DNA of 64,000 nt from Candidatus Micrarchaeota archaeon (lineage in GTDB: Archaea > Micrarchaeota > Micrarchaeia > Anstonellales > Anstonellaceae): assembly GCA_026413965.1 (NCBI GenBank), contig JAOAJY010000002.1, positions 12,273 through 76,272 on the forward strand, written 5' to 3'. The position numbers and the translations under genes are program-made. The notes under the pieces were generated by a model that was not told the origin of the DNA, searched no databases, and was given only the letters and a program-made list of their open reading frames with translations. Of this stretch, positions 1 to 8,243 are shown piece by piece; position 1 is the stretch's first letter; every line of letters begins with the position of its first letter.

Positions 1-2903
1 GCGAAAGCCTTCTGAAAAGGATAAATTCTGAGCTTGGGATTGGCAAAGTTAAGGCTGCGCGCGTTGTGGATATTTACACTATTGAGGAGGATTTGAGCCA
101 GCAGGAAAAAGAGCAGATTGGGCAGGAGCTTCTCTCCGACCCTGTTATACAAGACTTTTCGGTGGATGCCCCTCTTATGGGCGCATCCGAAGGCGGATTC
201 TCATATGCCATCCATGTTGGCTTCAAGCCCGGCGTGAAGGACAATGTGGGGGACACAAGCAAGGAGGCAATAGGCGAGCTTTTGGGAAAAAAGCTTTCAG
301 GCGGAGTCTACACTTCAAAATGCTTTTTGCTTTGGGGGGAATTGGATTTTCAGGGCGCAGAAAGGATTGCCCTTGAGCTTCTGGCAAACCCCCTCATACA
401 CCGGTTTGAGATAAAAACCGCGCAGCAGTTCGCAAGCTTGGGATTTGCGGCTTTTGCGCCAAAAGTTGAGGCGGTTGGCGGCGGGCTGGTCTCTGAGATT
501 GACCTGAATGTTTCAGACAAGAAGCTTTTGGAGATATCCAGGCGAAGGCTTCTTTCCTTGTCTATTGAGGAGATGAGGCGCATAAGGGATTATTACGCAG
601 ACCCGGACACTATTGCGGCAAGAAAGCAGATGGGCATGCCCCTTGCGCCCACTGATGTGGAGCTTGAGGCAATAGCCCAGACTTGGTCCGAGCACTGCAA
701 GCACAAAATATTCAACGCAAAAATAGCCTACAAAGACGGGAAGAAAAAGAAGGCGATAAATTCGCTTTTCAAAACTTACATAAAGGCAGCAACCGAAAAG
801 CTTGCGCGCAAGAAGAAATGGCTGGTCTCAGTATTCAAAGACAATGCAGGGATTTTTGAGTTCGTGCCAGGCTGGAATGTCGCCATGAAAGTGGAGACCC
901 ACAACACGCCCTCTGCGCTTGACCCGTATGGCGGCGCGCTCACAGGGATACTGGGCGTAAATAGGGACGTGCTTGGCTGCGGGCTTGGGGCAAAGCCAAT
1001 CTTCAACACCGATGTGTTCTGCTTTGCGCCGCCAGACTACCAAGGCAAAATACCGCCCAGGCTTTTCCATCCCAGAAGGGTGATGGAGGGGGTGCGCGCA
1101 GGCGTGGCAGCAGGAGGGAACGCCAGCGGAATACCCACAATCAACGGCGCGCTGTTTTTTGACGAAAGCTACCTTGGCAAGCCTTTGGTTTATTGCGGCA
1201 CAGGAGGGCTGATGCCCTCTGAGATAGCAGGAAGAAAGACTCATGAGAAGGGAGCAATGCCAAAAGACAGGATTTTCATGGCAGGCGGGAGGATTGGCAA
1301 GGACGGAATCCACGGGGCGACTTTCTCCTCAGTTGAGCTTCATGAGGGCTCTCCTGTTTCAGCTGTCCAGCTTGGCGACCCTTACACGCAAAAGAAATTG
1401 GCTGATTTCCTTTTGGAGGCAAGGGACTTGGGGCTTTTCAATGCGGTCACCGACAACGGCGCAGGCGGCCTTTCCTCCTCAGTAGGAGAGATGGCGCAAT
1501 CGTGCGGAGGCTGCATTTTGCACCTTGACCGAGCGCCTCTCAAATACCCTGGGCTTGACCCATGGGAGATTCTGCTTTCAGAGTCCCAAGAAAGGATGAC
1601 GTTCGCAGTCCCGCCTTCAAAGGCAGGGGAGTTTGTCCAGCTTGCGAGGCTGAGGAACGTGGAGGTTTCGGATTTGGGCGAGTTCAACTCCTCTGGCTTC
1701 ATGCATGTGAAGTATGGGGCAAAGACAGTTGCTTATTTGGACATGGATTTCCTGCACAACGGGCTGCCGCAGATGGAGCTTGAGGCTGAGGCAAGCCCAA
1801 GAAAGCTTTCAGAGCCGCCTCCCATCTTGTCATCAGACCCCAAAGAAGACCTGCTCTCTCTCCTTTCGCGGCCCAACATACGCTCAAAGGAATGGATAAT
1901 CCGCCAGTATGACCACGAGGTTCAAGGAACCTCTGCGGTGAAGCCTCTGTGCGGAAAGAACGCAGAGGGGCCGTCTGATGCGGCGGTGATAGTTCCGCTG
2001 CCTCAGAGAAAAGAAGGCTTGGTGGTTTCAAATGGGCTTTGCCCAAGGCTTTCTATGCTTGATGCTTACCAGATGGCTGCAAATGCGGTGGATGAGGCAG
2101 TCAGGAACTTTGTTGCCGCAGGGGGAAGCTTGGAGAGAGCCTGCGCCCTGGACAATTTCTGCTGGCCTGACCCCGTCTATTCTCCGGACAATCCGGATGG
2201 CAAGCACAAGCTCGCCTTGCTTGTGCAAGCCTGCCAGGGCCTCCATGACGCCTGCATGGCTTACGGCATTCCGCTAATATCCGGAAAAGACAGCATGAAA
2301 AATGACTACCGGCATGGGAAGTGGAAAATATCAGTCCTGCCCACCCTTTTGGTGAGCATGGTGGGAAGAATAGATGATGCGTCAAAAGCAGCTACGACCG
2401 ACTTCAAAAGCCCAGGAGACCTGATTTATCTTCTCGGGCTGACCAAAGACGAATTGGGAGGCTCGGAATACTATGCGATGAAAGGAATCCTTGGCGCCAA
2501 TTTCCCCAAGGTTGATTTCAAAAGGAACGCCAAGCTTTACAGGAAGCTGGAGGCTGCAATAAAAAGAGGCATGCTGGCTTCCTGCCATGACTGCTCAGAG
2601 GGAGGGCTGGCGGTTGCGCTCGCGGAATCCTGCATGGGCGGCATGCTTGGCGCCCAGATAAGCCTGGATGGAGCTTTGGGCAAGATGGTCCCATCGCATT
2701 TCCTATTCTCCGAATCTGCCGGCAGGTTTGTGGTCTCTGTCAAGAAGGGCAAAGAAAAAGCGTTTGCGAGGCTCATGCGCAAAGTGGGATGCTTCAGGCT
2801 GGGCAGGGTTTCTGAAATCAAGCAGCTTCACATAACCTATAAAGGAAAGCCTATTGTTTCTGCAGGAGTGGGAGAGATGCTTGAGGCTTGGAAGAAGTGG
2901 TGA
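1..2903 (+). CDS. purL: FGAM synthase II (PurL) with N-terminal PurS-like repeats; 5' end lies outside the window
   Basis: The track ORF 66..2903 (945 aa) stays open in frame back to nt 3 (ESLLKRINSELGIGKVKAARVV-DIYTIE), so the true start is upstream of the window. PurL/AIR-synthase-type motifs are present: TWSEHCKHK, VETHNTPS, DNGAGGLSS, SGKDS. The first ~120 residues resemble PurS (HVGFKPGVKDNVG...LLANPLIHRFEI). Confidence 0.9.
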   Translation, partial: ESLLKRINSELGIGKVKAARVVDIYTIEEDLSQQEKEQIGQELLSDPVIQDFSVDAPLMGASEGGFSYAIHVGFKPGVKDNVGDTSKEAIGELLGKKLSGGVYTSKCFLLWGELDFQGAERIALELLANPLIHRFEIKTAQQFASLGFAAFAPKVEAVGGGLVSEIDLNVSDKKLLEISRRRLLSLSIEEMRRIRDYYADPDTIAARKQMGMPLAPTDVELEAIAQTWSEHCKHKIFNAKIAYKDGKKKKAINSLFKTYIKAATEKLARKKKWLVSVFKDNAGIFEFVPGWNVAMKVETHNTPSALDPYGGALTGILGVNRDVLGCGLGAKPIFNTDVFCFAPPDYQGKIPPRLFHPRRVMEGVRAGVAAGGNASGIPTINGALFFDESYLGKPLVYCGTGGLMPSEIAGRKTHEKGAMPKDRIFMAGGRIGKDGIHGATFSSVELHEGSPVSAVQLGDPYTQKKLADFLLEARDLGLFNAVTDNGAGGLSSSVGEMAQSCGGCILHLDRAPLKYPGLDPWEILLSESQERMTFAVPPSKAGEFVQLARLRNVEVSDLGEFNSSGFMHVKYGAKTVAYLDMDFLHNGLPQMELEAEASPRKLSEPPPILSSDPKEDLLSLLSRPNIRSKEWIIRQYDHEVQGTSAVKPLCGKNAEGPSDAAVIVPLPQRKEGLVVSNGLCPRLSMLDAYQMAANAVDEAVRNFVAAGGSLERACALDNFCWPDPVYSPDNPDGKHKLALLVQACQGLHDACMAYGIPLISGKDSMKNDYRHGKWKISVLPTLLVSMVGRIDDASKAATTDFKSPGDLIYLLGLTKDELGGSEYYAMKGILGANFPKVDFKRNAKLYRKLEAAIKRGMLASCHDCSEGGLAVALAESCMGGMLGAQISLDGALGKMVPSHFLFSESAGRFVVSVKKGKEKAFARLMRKVGCFRLGRVSEIKQLHITYKGKPIVSAGVGEMLEAWKKW

Positions 2904-2938
2904 TTGCCTTGGCAAAAAGCCAAAAAGTCTCGGTTTGG

Positions 2939-3736
2939 ATGAAAAAGGGCGCAGACACCCAAAAAAAGCCAAAATGCCTGGTCCTTTCAGGCTTCGGCTT
3001 GAACTCCGAGGCTGAGCTTGCGCATGCGTTCTTTCTTGCAGGAGCAGAGCCGCGCATAATCCATTTCTCAGACATATCCTCAGGAAAAGCCAGGCTTTCT
3101 GACTATGAGATATTCGCCATACCAGGAGGCTGGTCCTTCGGGGATGACATAGCCTCAGGAAAGGTGCTTGCCAACAAGCTCAAAAGCACCTTCCGCAACC
3201 AGTTTGAGGAATTTGCCCTGTCAGGAAAGCCAATCATTGGGATATGCAACGGTTTTCAGGTTCTAGTCAAGCTGGGCGCCCTTCCCAACCTATCATCCGA
3301 TTTCAAGCAGCAGGCAACCCTCGCAGGAAACGCAAGCGGCAAGTTTGAGGACCGGTGGGTTTATCTTAAGCCCCAAAAAAGCGTGTGCAAGTATTTCGAG
3401 GGCGTGCCTTTTGTCCTCTGCCCAGTGAGGCATGGGGAAGGCAGGTTTGTGGCTCCAAGCCATGCAATCTCCGAGATGGAGAAAAGAGGGCAGGTGGTCT
3501 TGAAATACGTGGATGAGAAGATGGAGGAGGGAGGCTATCCGATAAACCCAAACGGCTCAGCCAAAAGCATCGCAGGCATATGCGACAAGACAGGAAAAAT
3601 TTTCGGGCTCATGCCGCATCCTGAATGCTCGGTCTTGCGCTTCCACTTCCCAAGATGGCCTGAGGGCATAACTTATGAGAAAAACAGCCTTAGGTTTTTT
3701 GAAAACGTGGTCAAAGCAGGAAGGGAGCACCTCTGA
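2939..3736 (+). CDS. purQ: FGAM synthase I, glutamine amidotransferase subunit PurQ
   Basis: Class-I amidotransferase motifs GICNGFQVL (Cys nucleophile), HGEGRF and MPHPE. It directly follows purL. The track ORF starts at a TTG (2888) that overlaps purL; the first ATG is at 2939. Confidence 0.9.
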   Translation: MKKGADTQKKPKCLVLSGFGLNSEAELAHAFFLAGAEPRIIHFSDISSGKARLSDYEIFAIPGGWSFGDDIASGKVLANKLKSTFRNQFEEFALSGKPIIGICNGFQVLVKLGALPNLSSDFKQQATLAGNASGKFEDRWVYLKPQKSVCKYFEGVPFVLCPVRHGEGRFVAPSHAISEMEKRGQVVLKYVDEKMEEGGYPINPNGSAKSIAGICDKTGKIFGLMPHPECSVLRFHFPRWPEGITYEKNSLRFFENVVKAGREHL

Positions 3737-4432
3737 TTATGACATGGTGGCGTCTAGGCAGTTGAGGATTATCGGCTTTGCTCCGTATTGCTTTTTTGGG
3801 ATTCCTGGCTTTCCGTCAATTATCTGCCTGTAATAGAATGTGACCGGAGGAAACTCAATCCAGCTTTTAATCTCAGGCACCTGAGAATCTGGTATTGCCA
3901 TGAGGCAGACTGCTTTCGGATTATATGGGCCATGGCCAGCAATGCCGTGTAAGACATTGTACCCCACGGTTATTTTCTCGCCAGGCGCGATGTAAATCCG
4001 ATCGTTTCTTTCTTGGAACCCTGTGCCATGCGGAGGGCCGACATATGCAATATAGGATCCAAGGTACTCTGGGCTGAAGTAAGCCCATGCCTTGCTTCTT
4101 ACCCCTTCCTCAGGATCTCCTTCATTATTCACATTTGCCTCCTTTGAGATTGCCAAAAGCTCAATTGTATAAGGCCCGTTGTTCTGCAAAACAAATTTCA
4201 CTCCCCCGTTGTTTTCAGGTCCTCCCAAAGTTGCATAAGCATACGCAGTTCCATCCACTATTGCAATCGGAGTCGCGGATCTCCAATAAGCCTGGTATTC
4301 TGCTCTTGCCGCATCTGAAGCCATGCCTGGAAAGAAAGCAAGAAGGGCAACTGAAACCAAGGCAATCACAAGCACAATTGAAAGAAGAACCAAGTATTCT
4401 GTCCCGCCTTGCCCAAAAGACTTCCCCTTCAT
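3737..4432 (-). CDS. Archaeal type IV pilin-like protein (class III signal peptide)
   Basis: From the internal ATG the N-terminus reads MKGKSFGQGGTEYLVLLSIVLVIALVSVALLAF: a short basic leader, a Gly cleavage context, Glu shortly after the putative cleavage site, then a hydrophobic helix. No other domain was recognised. Confidence 0.6.
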   Translation of the reverse strand: MKGKSFGQGGTEYLVLLSIVLVIALVSVALLAFFPGMASDAARAEYQAYWRSATPIAIVDGTAYAYATLGGPENNGGVKFVLQNNGPYTIELLAISKEANVNNEGDPEEGVRSKAWAYFSPEYLGSYIAYVGPPHGTGFQERNDRIYIAPGEKITVGYNVLHGIAGHGPYNPKAVCLMAIPDSQVPEIKSWIEFPPVTFYYRQIIDGKPGIPKKQYGAKPIILNCLDATMS

Positions 4433-4477
4433 GAGGGCATTTGGCAATAATGCATTTTTATAGATTTCCAAAAAAAG

Positions 4478-4630
4478 CGCTCCCATCGGGATTGCCAGGT
4501 TTTCCTTTTGAACCCGAGTTAAAGCCTTTCTCCAGCATTCCGAACGCTGTGAGAGGGCTCCGTCCTTGACCGGGTTGTCCGGCTTGCAAGCGCACAGTCG
4601 CGCTTGAGTCAGCCACTAGACTATGGGAGC
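4478..4630 (-). tRNA. tRNA-Glu(CUC) interrupted by three insertions (D-loop 43 nt, anticodon loop 37/38 22 nt, T-loop 15 nt)
   Basis: Minus-strand read: GCTCCCA-TA-GTCT-AGTGG[43]TCAA-GGAC-G-GAGCC-CTCTCA[22]A-GGCTT-TAAC-TCGGG-TTCAAA[15]T-CCCGA-TGGGAGC-G. Removing the three inserts leaves a 73-nt cloverleaf with all stems paired and anticodon CTC. There is a TATA-like box at about -28 and a T-run immediately 3'. Confidence 0.75.
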
Positions 4631-4652
4631 GCGAATTGGATTAGGAGAGAAA

Positions 4653-4662
4653 CCAATAAAAA
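4653..4662 (-). promoter_or_regulatory. TATA-like box for tRNA-Glu
   Basis: TTTTTATTGG on the minus strand, centred about 28 nt upstream of the tRNA 5' end. Confidence 0.5.
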
Positions 4663-4675
4663 CAAAATCGGGAGC

Positions 4676-5218
4676 CTAGGTTTCTTCCTCAAAAGATTTC
4701 GACAGATGCTTTGAGGAGATTTCCTGCATCTTCTCATAGGCTTTGTAATACCTCTGGGTTGCTTTGTAAAGGACGGCAGATATGCCAGCAAGAATGAAGC
4801 CTGGAAGCATTTTTGGGCTGCTGAATGCCTCAAGCGCCTCCCCTTTGGAGAAGCTCAGCAGCCCAGAGAAAAGAAAAGAGCACATGCCGGCATAAGCGGC
4901 TAGGAAAGCCGCCTCAAGCCTGTTTCTTGTGCGAACAAGGCTTCTGCCCAAAACAAAGAAATCCTCCACCAGCCTTTTTTCCTCCAAAGCCTCCATCTTC
5001 AAAATTTCCTGCGCATCCTCCTTGCTTATAGGCTGGGCTTTCCTTTCTGCCTTCCTTTCAAGCTCAGAGAACTTTTTCTCAAAAGCCTGGTACTCTTTGT
5101 ATTCCCTGAAAAATCTGCTCTTCACGCTTTCCTTCCCCAAATCCATGAATTTTCTGAAGCTTTCTGCCATCTGCCTTTTGGCTTTCTGGGCATTCACAAA
5201 ATTCCCTCCTTCCTGCAT
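4676..5218 (-). CDS. Hypothetical membrane protein
   Basis: 180-aa ORF with a charged, helical N-terminal half and two hydrophobic segments near the C-terminus (AAFLAAYAGMCSFLFSGLLSF, MLPGFILAGISAVLY). No family was recognised. Confidence 0.5.
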   Translation of the reverse strand: MQEGGNFVNAQKAKRQMAESFRKFMDLGKESVKSRFFREYKEYQAFEKKFSELERKAERKAQPISKEDAQEILKMEALEEKRLVEDFFVLGRSLVRTRNRLEAAFLAAYAGMCSFLFSGLLSFSKGEALEAFSSPKMLPGFILAGISAVLYKATQRYYKAYEKMQEISSKHLSKSFEEET

Positions 5219-5295
5219 CCATGCTGCTTTTTTTTATTATCACCATTGAGGACAGACTCGCAAGGTTTTGGGCGCGAAGCAAAGCGAAAGCTTTG

Positions 5296-5407
5296 CAACG
5301 TAGGGGGCTTTTCGGATATTCTTAGCGCCCCTCAACAAACCCTTAGGTTGCATGTTGGGGGTGAGCCCTCAGGGGGCTTTCCGGTTATTCTTAGCGCCCC
5401 CTAGGGA
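5296..5407 (-). repeat. 112-nt tRNA-trailer element, copy A (directly 3' of tRNA-Ala)
   Basis: The reverse complement, TCCCTAGGGGGCGCTAAGAATAACCGGAAAGCCCCCTGAGGGCTCACCCCCAACATGCAACCTAAGGGTTTGTTGAGGGGCGCTAAGAATATCCGAAAAGCCCCCTACGTTG, matches 13176..13287 at 106 of 112 positions. It begins at the nucleotide after the tRNA discriminator. Confidence 0.9.
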
Positions 5408-5542
5408 TGGACTCGGGGGGATTGGCGGCTGTGCCAGAAATTCTGGCAAAGCTTTCGAACCCCCAGCCTCCTGCATTACGGAAGGCTGCTTTTTTCAGGC
5501 AGCCTTTGCCATGCAGGCGCGCTACCGTTGCGCCACAAGCCC
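5408..5542 (-). tRNA. tRNA-Ala(GGC) with two insertions (anticodon loop ~31 nt, T-loop 32 nt)
   Basis: Minus-strand read: GGGCTTG-TG-GCGC-AACGGTA-GCGC-G-CCTGC-ATGGCA[intron]-GCAGG-AGGCT-GGGGG-TTCGAA[32]T-CCCCC-CGAGTCC-A. A G3:U70 pair (the alanine identity element) is present, and the anticodon is GGC. Segment lengths sum to 135 nt. Confidence 0.8.
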
Positions 5543-5545
5543 AAA

Positions 5546-5770
5546 TCAAGATGGAGAGATGTAAATCACAGAGTCGCCTCGCACAAGCACTGTCCCTATG
5601 CCTCGCTTGACTTCTCCGTCCTTCAGCTGCTCTGCTTTCTCAAGAACCAAATTCATATGCACATCATAGCTGACCATGATGCCCCTAAGCTCGGTTCCGC
5701 CTTTCAGCCCCACTATCACTGTGTTGTTGAGCGCGCCATTGAGCACATCAAAAGGTCTTTTGTCAGGCAT
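5546..5770 (-). CDS. Sm-like (LSm/SmAP) RNA-binding protein
   Basis: 74 aa with Sm1/Sm2 motifs ([26 protein letters not shown]...[11 protein letters not shown]). The stop codon lies 3 nt from the 5' end of tRNA-Ala. Confidence 0.9.
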   Translation of the reverse strand: MPDKRPFDVLNGALNNTVIVGLKGGTELRGIMVSYDVHMNLVLEKAEQLKDGEVKRGIGTVLVRGDSVIYISPS

Positions 5771-5834
5771 TTTCCCTACCTCCTAAAAAAACAAACTTGC
5801 AATTTGAACCCAAATGTTTTAAACATCTACCTAC

Positions 5835-7475
5835 ATGTTTTGCGCTGGTGGGCAGGTGGCAGAAGAATTCAGCGAAAAGGAAAAAGCCATTCTTTCCCAA
5901 TTTTGCACCAACACGGACTCTGATGTGTTTGCCCTCATAAACCTTCCGGAAGTGGTAAAAGGCGCGCTTTTTTCCAGATATTCCCGCTCATCAAAATCCC
6001 TGCGCAGGCTTCTTTTGGACGAGTTCATTCTCAATCCAGAGTCCGGCTTTGAGGCTATTGTGGGCGAGGCCAAAAGCAGAGGAGAGTCTCAGCTTATCGC
6101 CATAAAGAAAGCGGAGGAGTTTTATGACCGGGTGCTTGTGGGATACGGGGATGATTCGGTGGCTGAGCTTGGGGGCGCCCACCTTGCCGCAGAGAACATC
6201 TCCAACCTTGCCACAAAAGCGATGCAGGACAGCAGGATAGGAATCTCGCCGCTTGAGAAATCCACCCGCTATGTCTTCTTCGACCAGAAGGAAAGCGGAA
6301 ATTACCGCTACTTGCGGGAGCAGAGAATAATGGAATCGCGCTTTGCCGATGATTATCTTCAAGCCTGCGATTTGCTTTTTGACACATACTGCAAGCTCAT
6401 ACCTGAAGTCTCGAAAATGCAGCAGGAAAAATTCCCGCGCCAGGAGGATGTGAGCGAGAGGGCGTATGCCTCGACCATAAAAGCCAAGGTATGCGACATT
6501 TTGAGGGGCATCCTTCCAGCCTCCACCCTCACCAACGCGGGCTTTTACGGAAACGGCAGGGCTTTTGAGTACATGCTTGTCAAGATGTACTCCTCTCCTC
6601 TTGTCGAGGTCCGCCTGCTTGCCTCAAAAGCCCACCATGAGCTCTCCAAGGTCATCCCCTCGTTTGTCAAAAGGGCAGACGACAAATACGGAAAGGAGCA
6701 GCAGGAATACTTGGCTGCAAGCAGGCAAGAGGTTGCACGCCTTGCCGAAAAATACAGCTCTTTGGGGAAAGCCAGGGAAGAGGCGGCTTCGGTTCAGCTG
6801 GTGGATTTTGACGATGGAGCGGAAGACAAAGTGGTCGCTGCCATCCTGTTTCCCCATCTTCACGCCAGCCTGAATGAGATAAGAAGCGTGGTGGCTTCCT
6901 TGGGCATGGATGAGAAGATCAGGATAGTGGAGGCTTACGTGGGAAAGCGCTCCAACAGGAGGCACAAGCCAGGCAGGGCTTTTGAATCCGCATACTGCAC
7001 ATTTTGCATAACCGGCAATTTCGGCATGTACAGGGACTTGCACAGGCACAGGATTCTCACGCAGGAAAGGCAGCTTCTCACCACCAAGCATGGCTTTGAC
7101 ATGCCTGCTGAGCTTGCAGGCACAGGGCTTGACAAGCTGGTGCAGGAGGCGGTGGCGGCGGCAGATGAGGCTTATTCCCGCATCTGCCAAGAAATGCCTT
7201 ACGAGGCGCAATATGTTGTGCCCCTTGGATGCAGGATGCGCTGGTATGCCAAGATGAATCTTAGGGAGGCTTACCATTTCTGCGAGCTTCGCTCCATGCG
7301 GCAGGGCCATCCGGACTACCGGAAAGTCGCCCAGCAGATGCACAGGCTTCTTTCCAAAGCCTTCCCCCTTCTTGCGTCAGGCATGAAATTTGTGGATTAC
7401 TCTGAATACGATTTTGAGAGGCTGGAGGCAGAGAAGAAGATAGACAGGAAGCTCAGCCAGCTTAGGCAGAAATGA
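5835..7475 (+). CDS. thyX: FAD-dependent thymidylate synthase ThyX-like, tandem-domain form
   Basis: 546 aa, about twice the usual ThyX length. The C-terminal half carries a ThyX-type signature (CTFCITGNFGMYRDLHRHRILTQERQ). The N-terminal half keeps ...EKSTRYV but lacks RHR. Confidence 0.6.
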   Translation: MFCAGGQVAEEFSEKEKAILSQFCTNTDSDVFALINLPEVVKGALFSRYSRSSKSLRRLLLDEFILNPESGFEAIVGEAKSRGESQLIAIKKAEEFYDRVLVGYGDDSVAELGGAHLAAENISNLATKAMQDSRIGISPLEKSTRYVFFDQKESGNYRYLREQRIMESRFADDYLQACDLLFDTYCKLIPEVSKMQQEKFPRQEDVSERAYASTIKAKVCDILRGILPASTLTNAGFYGNGRAFEYMLVKMYSSPLVEVRLLASKAHHELSKVIPSFVKRADDKYGKEQQEYLAASRQEVARLAEKYSSLGKAREEAASVQLVDFDDGAEDKVVAAILFPHLHASLNEIRSVVASLGMDEKIRIVEAYVGKRSNRRHKPGRAFESAYCTFCITGNFGMYRDLHRHRILTQERQLLTTKHGFDMPAELAGTGLDKLVQEAVAAADEAYSRICQEMPYEAQYVVPLGCRMRWYAKMNLREAYHFCELRSMRQGHPDYRKVAQQMHRLLSKAFPLLASGMKFVDYSEYDFERLEAEKKIDRKLSQLRQK

Positions 7476-8235
7476 ACTGCCCGCTTTTGAGCCCGAAATA
7501 TTCCCCCAAAATGCTGCCTGCAAGCCATCCTGCTATCGCCGCTGCCATGCCCACAAGAGCCATCTCAAAGCCGCTTTTCCACCAGCTTCCGACAGTTATC
7601 TTTGCTTTGTATGCCCCGACCGCAAAAAGCGCAGCAGTGGAGAGGGCAAGAGATAGCCCTACTGCCTCGCCCACGGGCGCAAATATGAATGGAATGAGAG
7701 GAAGAAGGGAGCCTAATATCGCAGAAAAGCCCACCAGGGCTGCTGAGCGGAGAGGCTCGCCTTTCTCCACAGGAGATAGGTTCAGCTCCTCGCTCATCAT
7801 GAAAGAAAGCCAAAGCTGCTTGTTGGAGGTTATGGCTTCAACCGCCTGCTTCAGCCTCTTTCCGCGCAGCCCCTTTTTCAGGTAAATCAGACGGACCTCC
7901 TCGCGCTCTATTTCAGGGAGGTTCTCTATCTCCCATTTCTCCTGCTCAAGCTCTCTCCTGTAATGGTCCTGCTGCGCCCTTTTTGAGGAGTAAGCCACTG
8001 CGGACATGGAGATGGACTCTGCGAAAGTTGCCACCAGCCCAGCCACCAGCACGAAAAAGCCGCTTGAAGTTGCGGAGGCAACCCCAAGCACAATGCCCAG
8101 CACGTTCACCAAGCCATCCTGCCCTCCCAGTATGATTTCCGCCAGGATTCCAGAAGGCTTGCTTTTCCTCTCCTCCTCCATATGCTGCTGGACTTTCCTG
8201 CTAAGCTCTGCCAAGTCCCGTTTTTTTGGCGGCAT
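7462..8235 (-). CDS. VIT1/CCC1-family iron/manganese transporter
   Basis: GGQDGLVNVLGIVLGVA motif, a central charged helical region, and C-terminal TM helices typical of the VIT1 family. Confidence 0.75.
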   Translation of the reverse strand: MPPKKRDLAELSRKVQQHMEEERKSKPSGILAEIILGGQDGLVNVLGIVLGVASATSSGFFVLVAGLVATFAESISMSAVAYSSKRAQQDHYRRELEQEKWEIENLPEIEREEVRLIYLKKGLRGKRLKQAVEAITSNKQLWLSFMMSEELNLSPVEKGEPLRSAALVGFSAILGSLLPLIPFIFAPVGEAVGLSLALSTAALFAVGAYKAKITVGSWWKSGFEMALVGMAAAIAGWLAGSILGEYFGLKSGQFISA

Positions 8236-8243
8236 GAGAGCAC

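Noticed and set aside
5296-5407. Reading the tRNA-adjacent repeats as att sites of an integrated element, or as H/ACA or C/D sRNAs.
   Set aside because: **att sites.** These normally overlap the tRNA 3' portion and occur as direct repeats. Here homology begins after the discriminator, the copies are inverted, they follow two different tRNAs, and no integrase lies between them.

**sRNA classes.** No RUGAUGA/CUGA box pair is present. The only ACA triplet does not sit 3' of a pocket-forming hairpin in a way that fits H/ACA rules.
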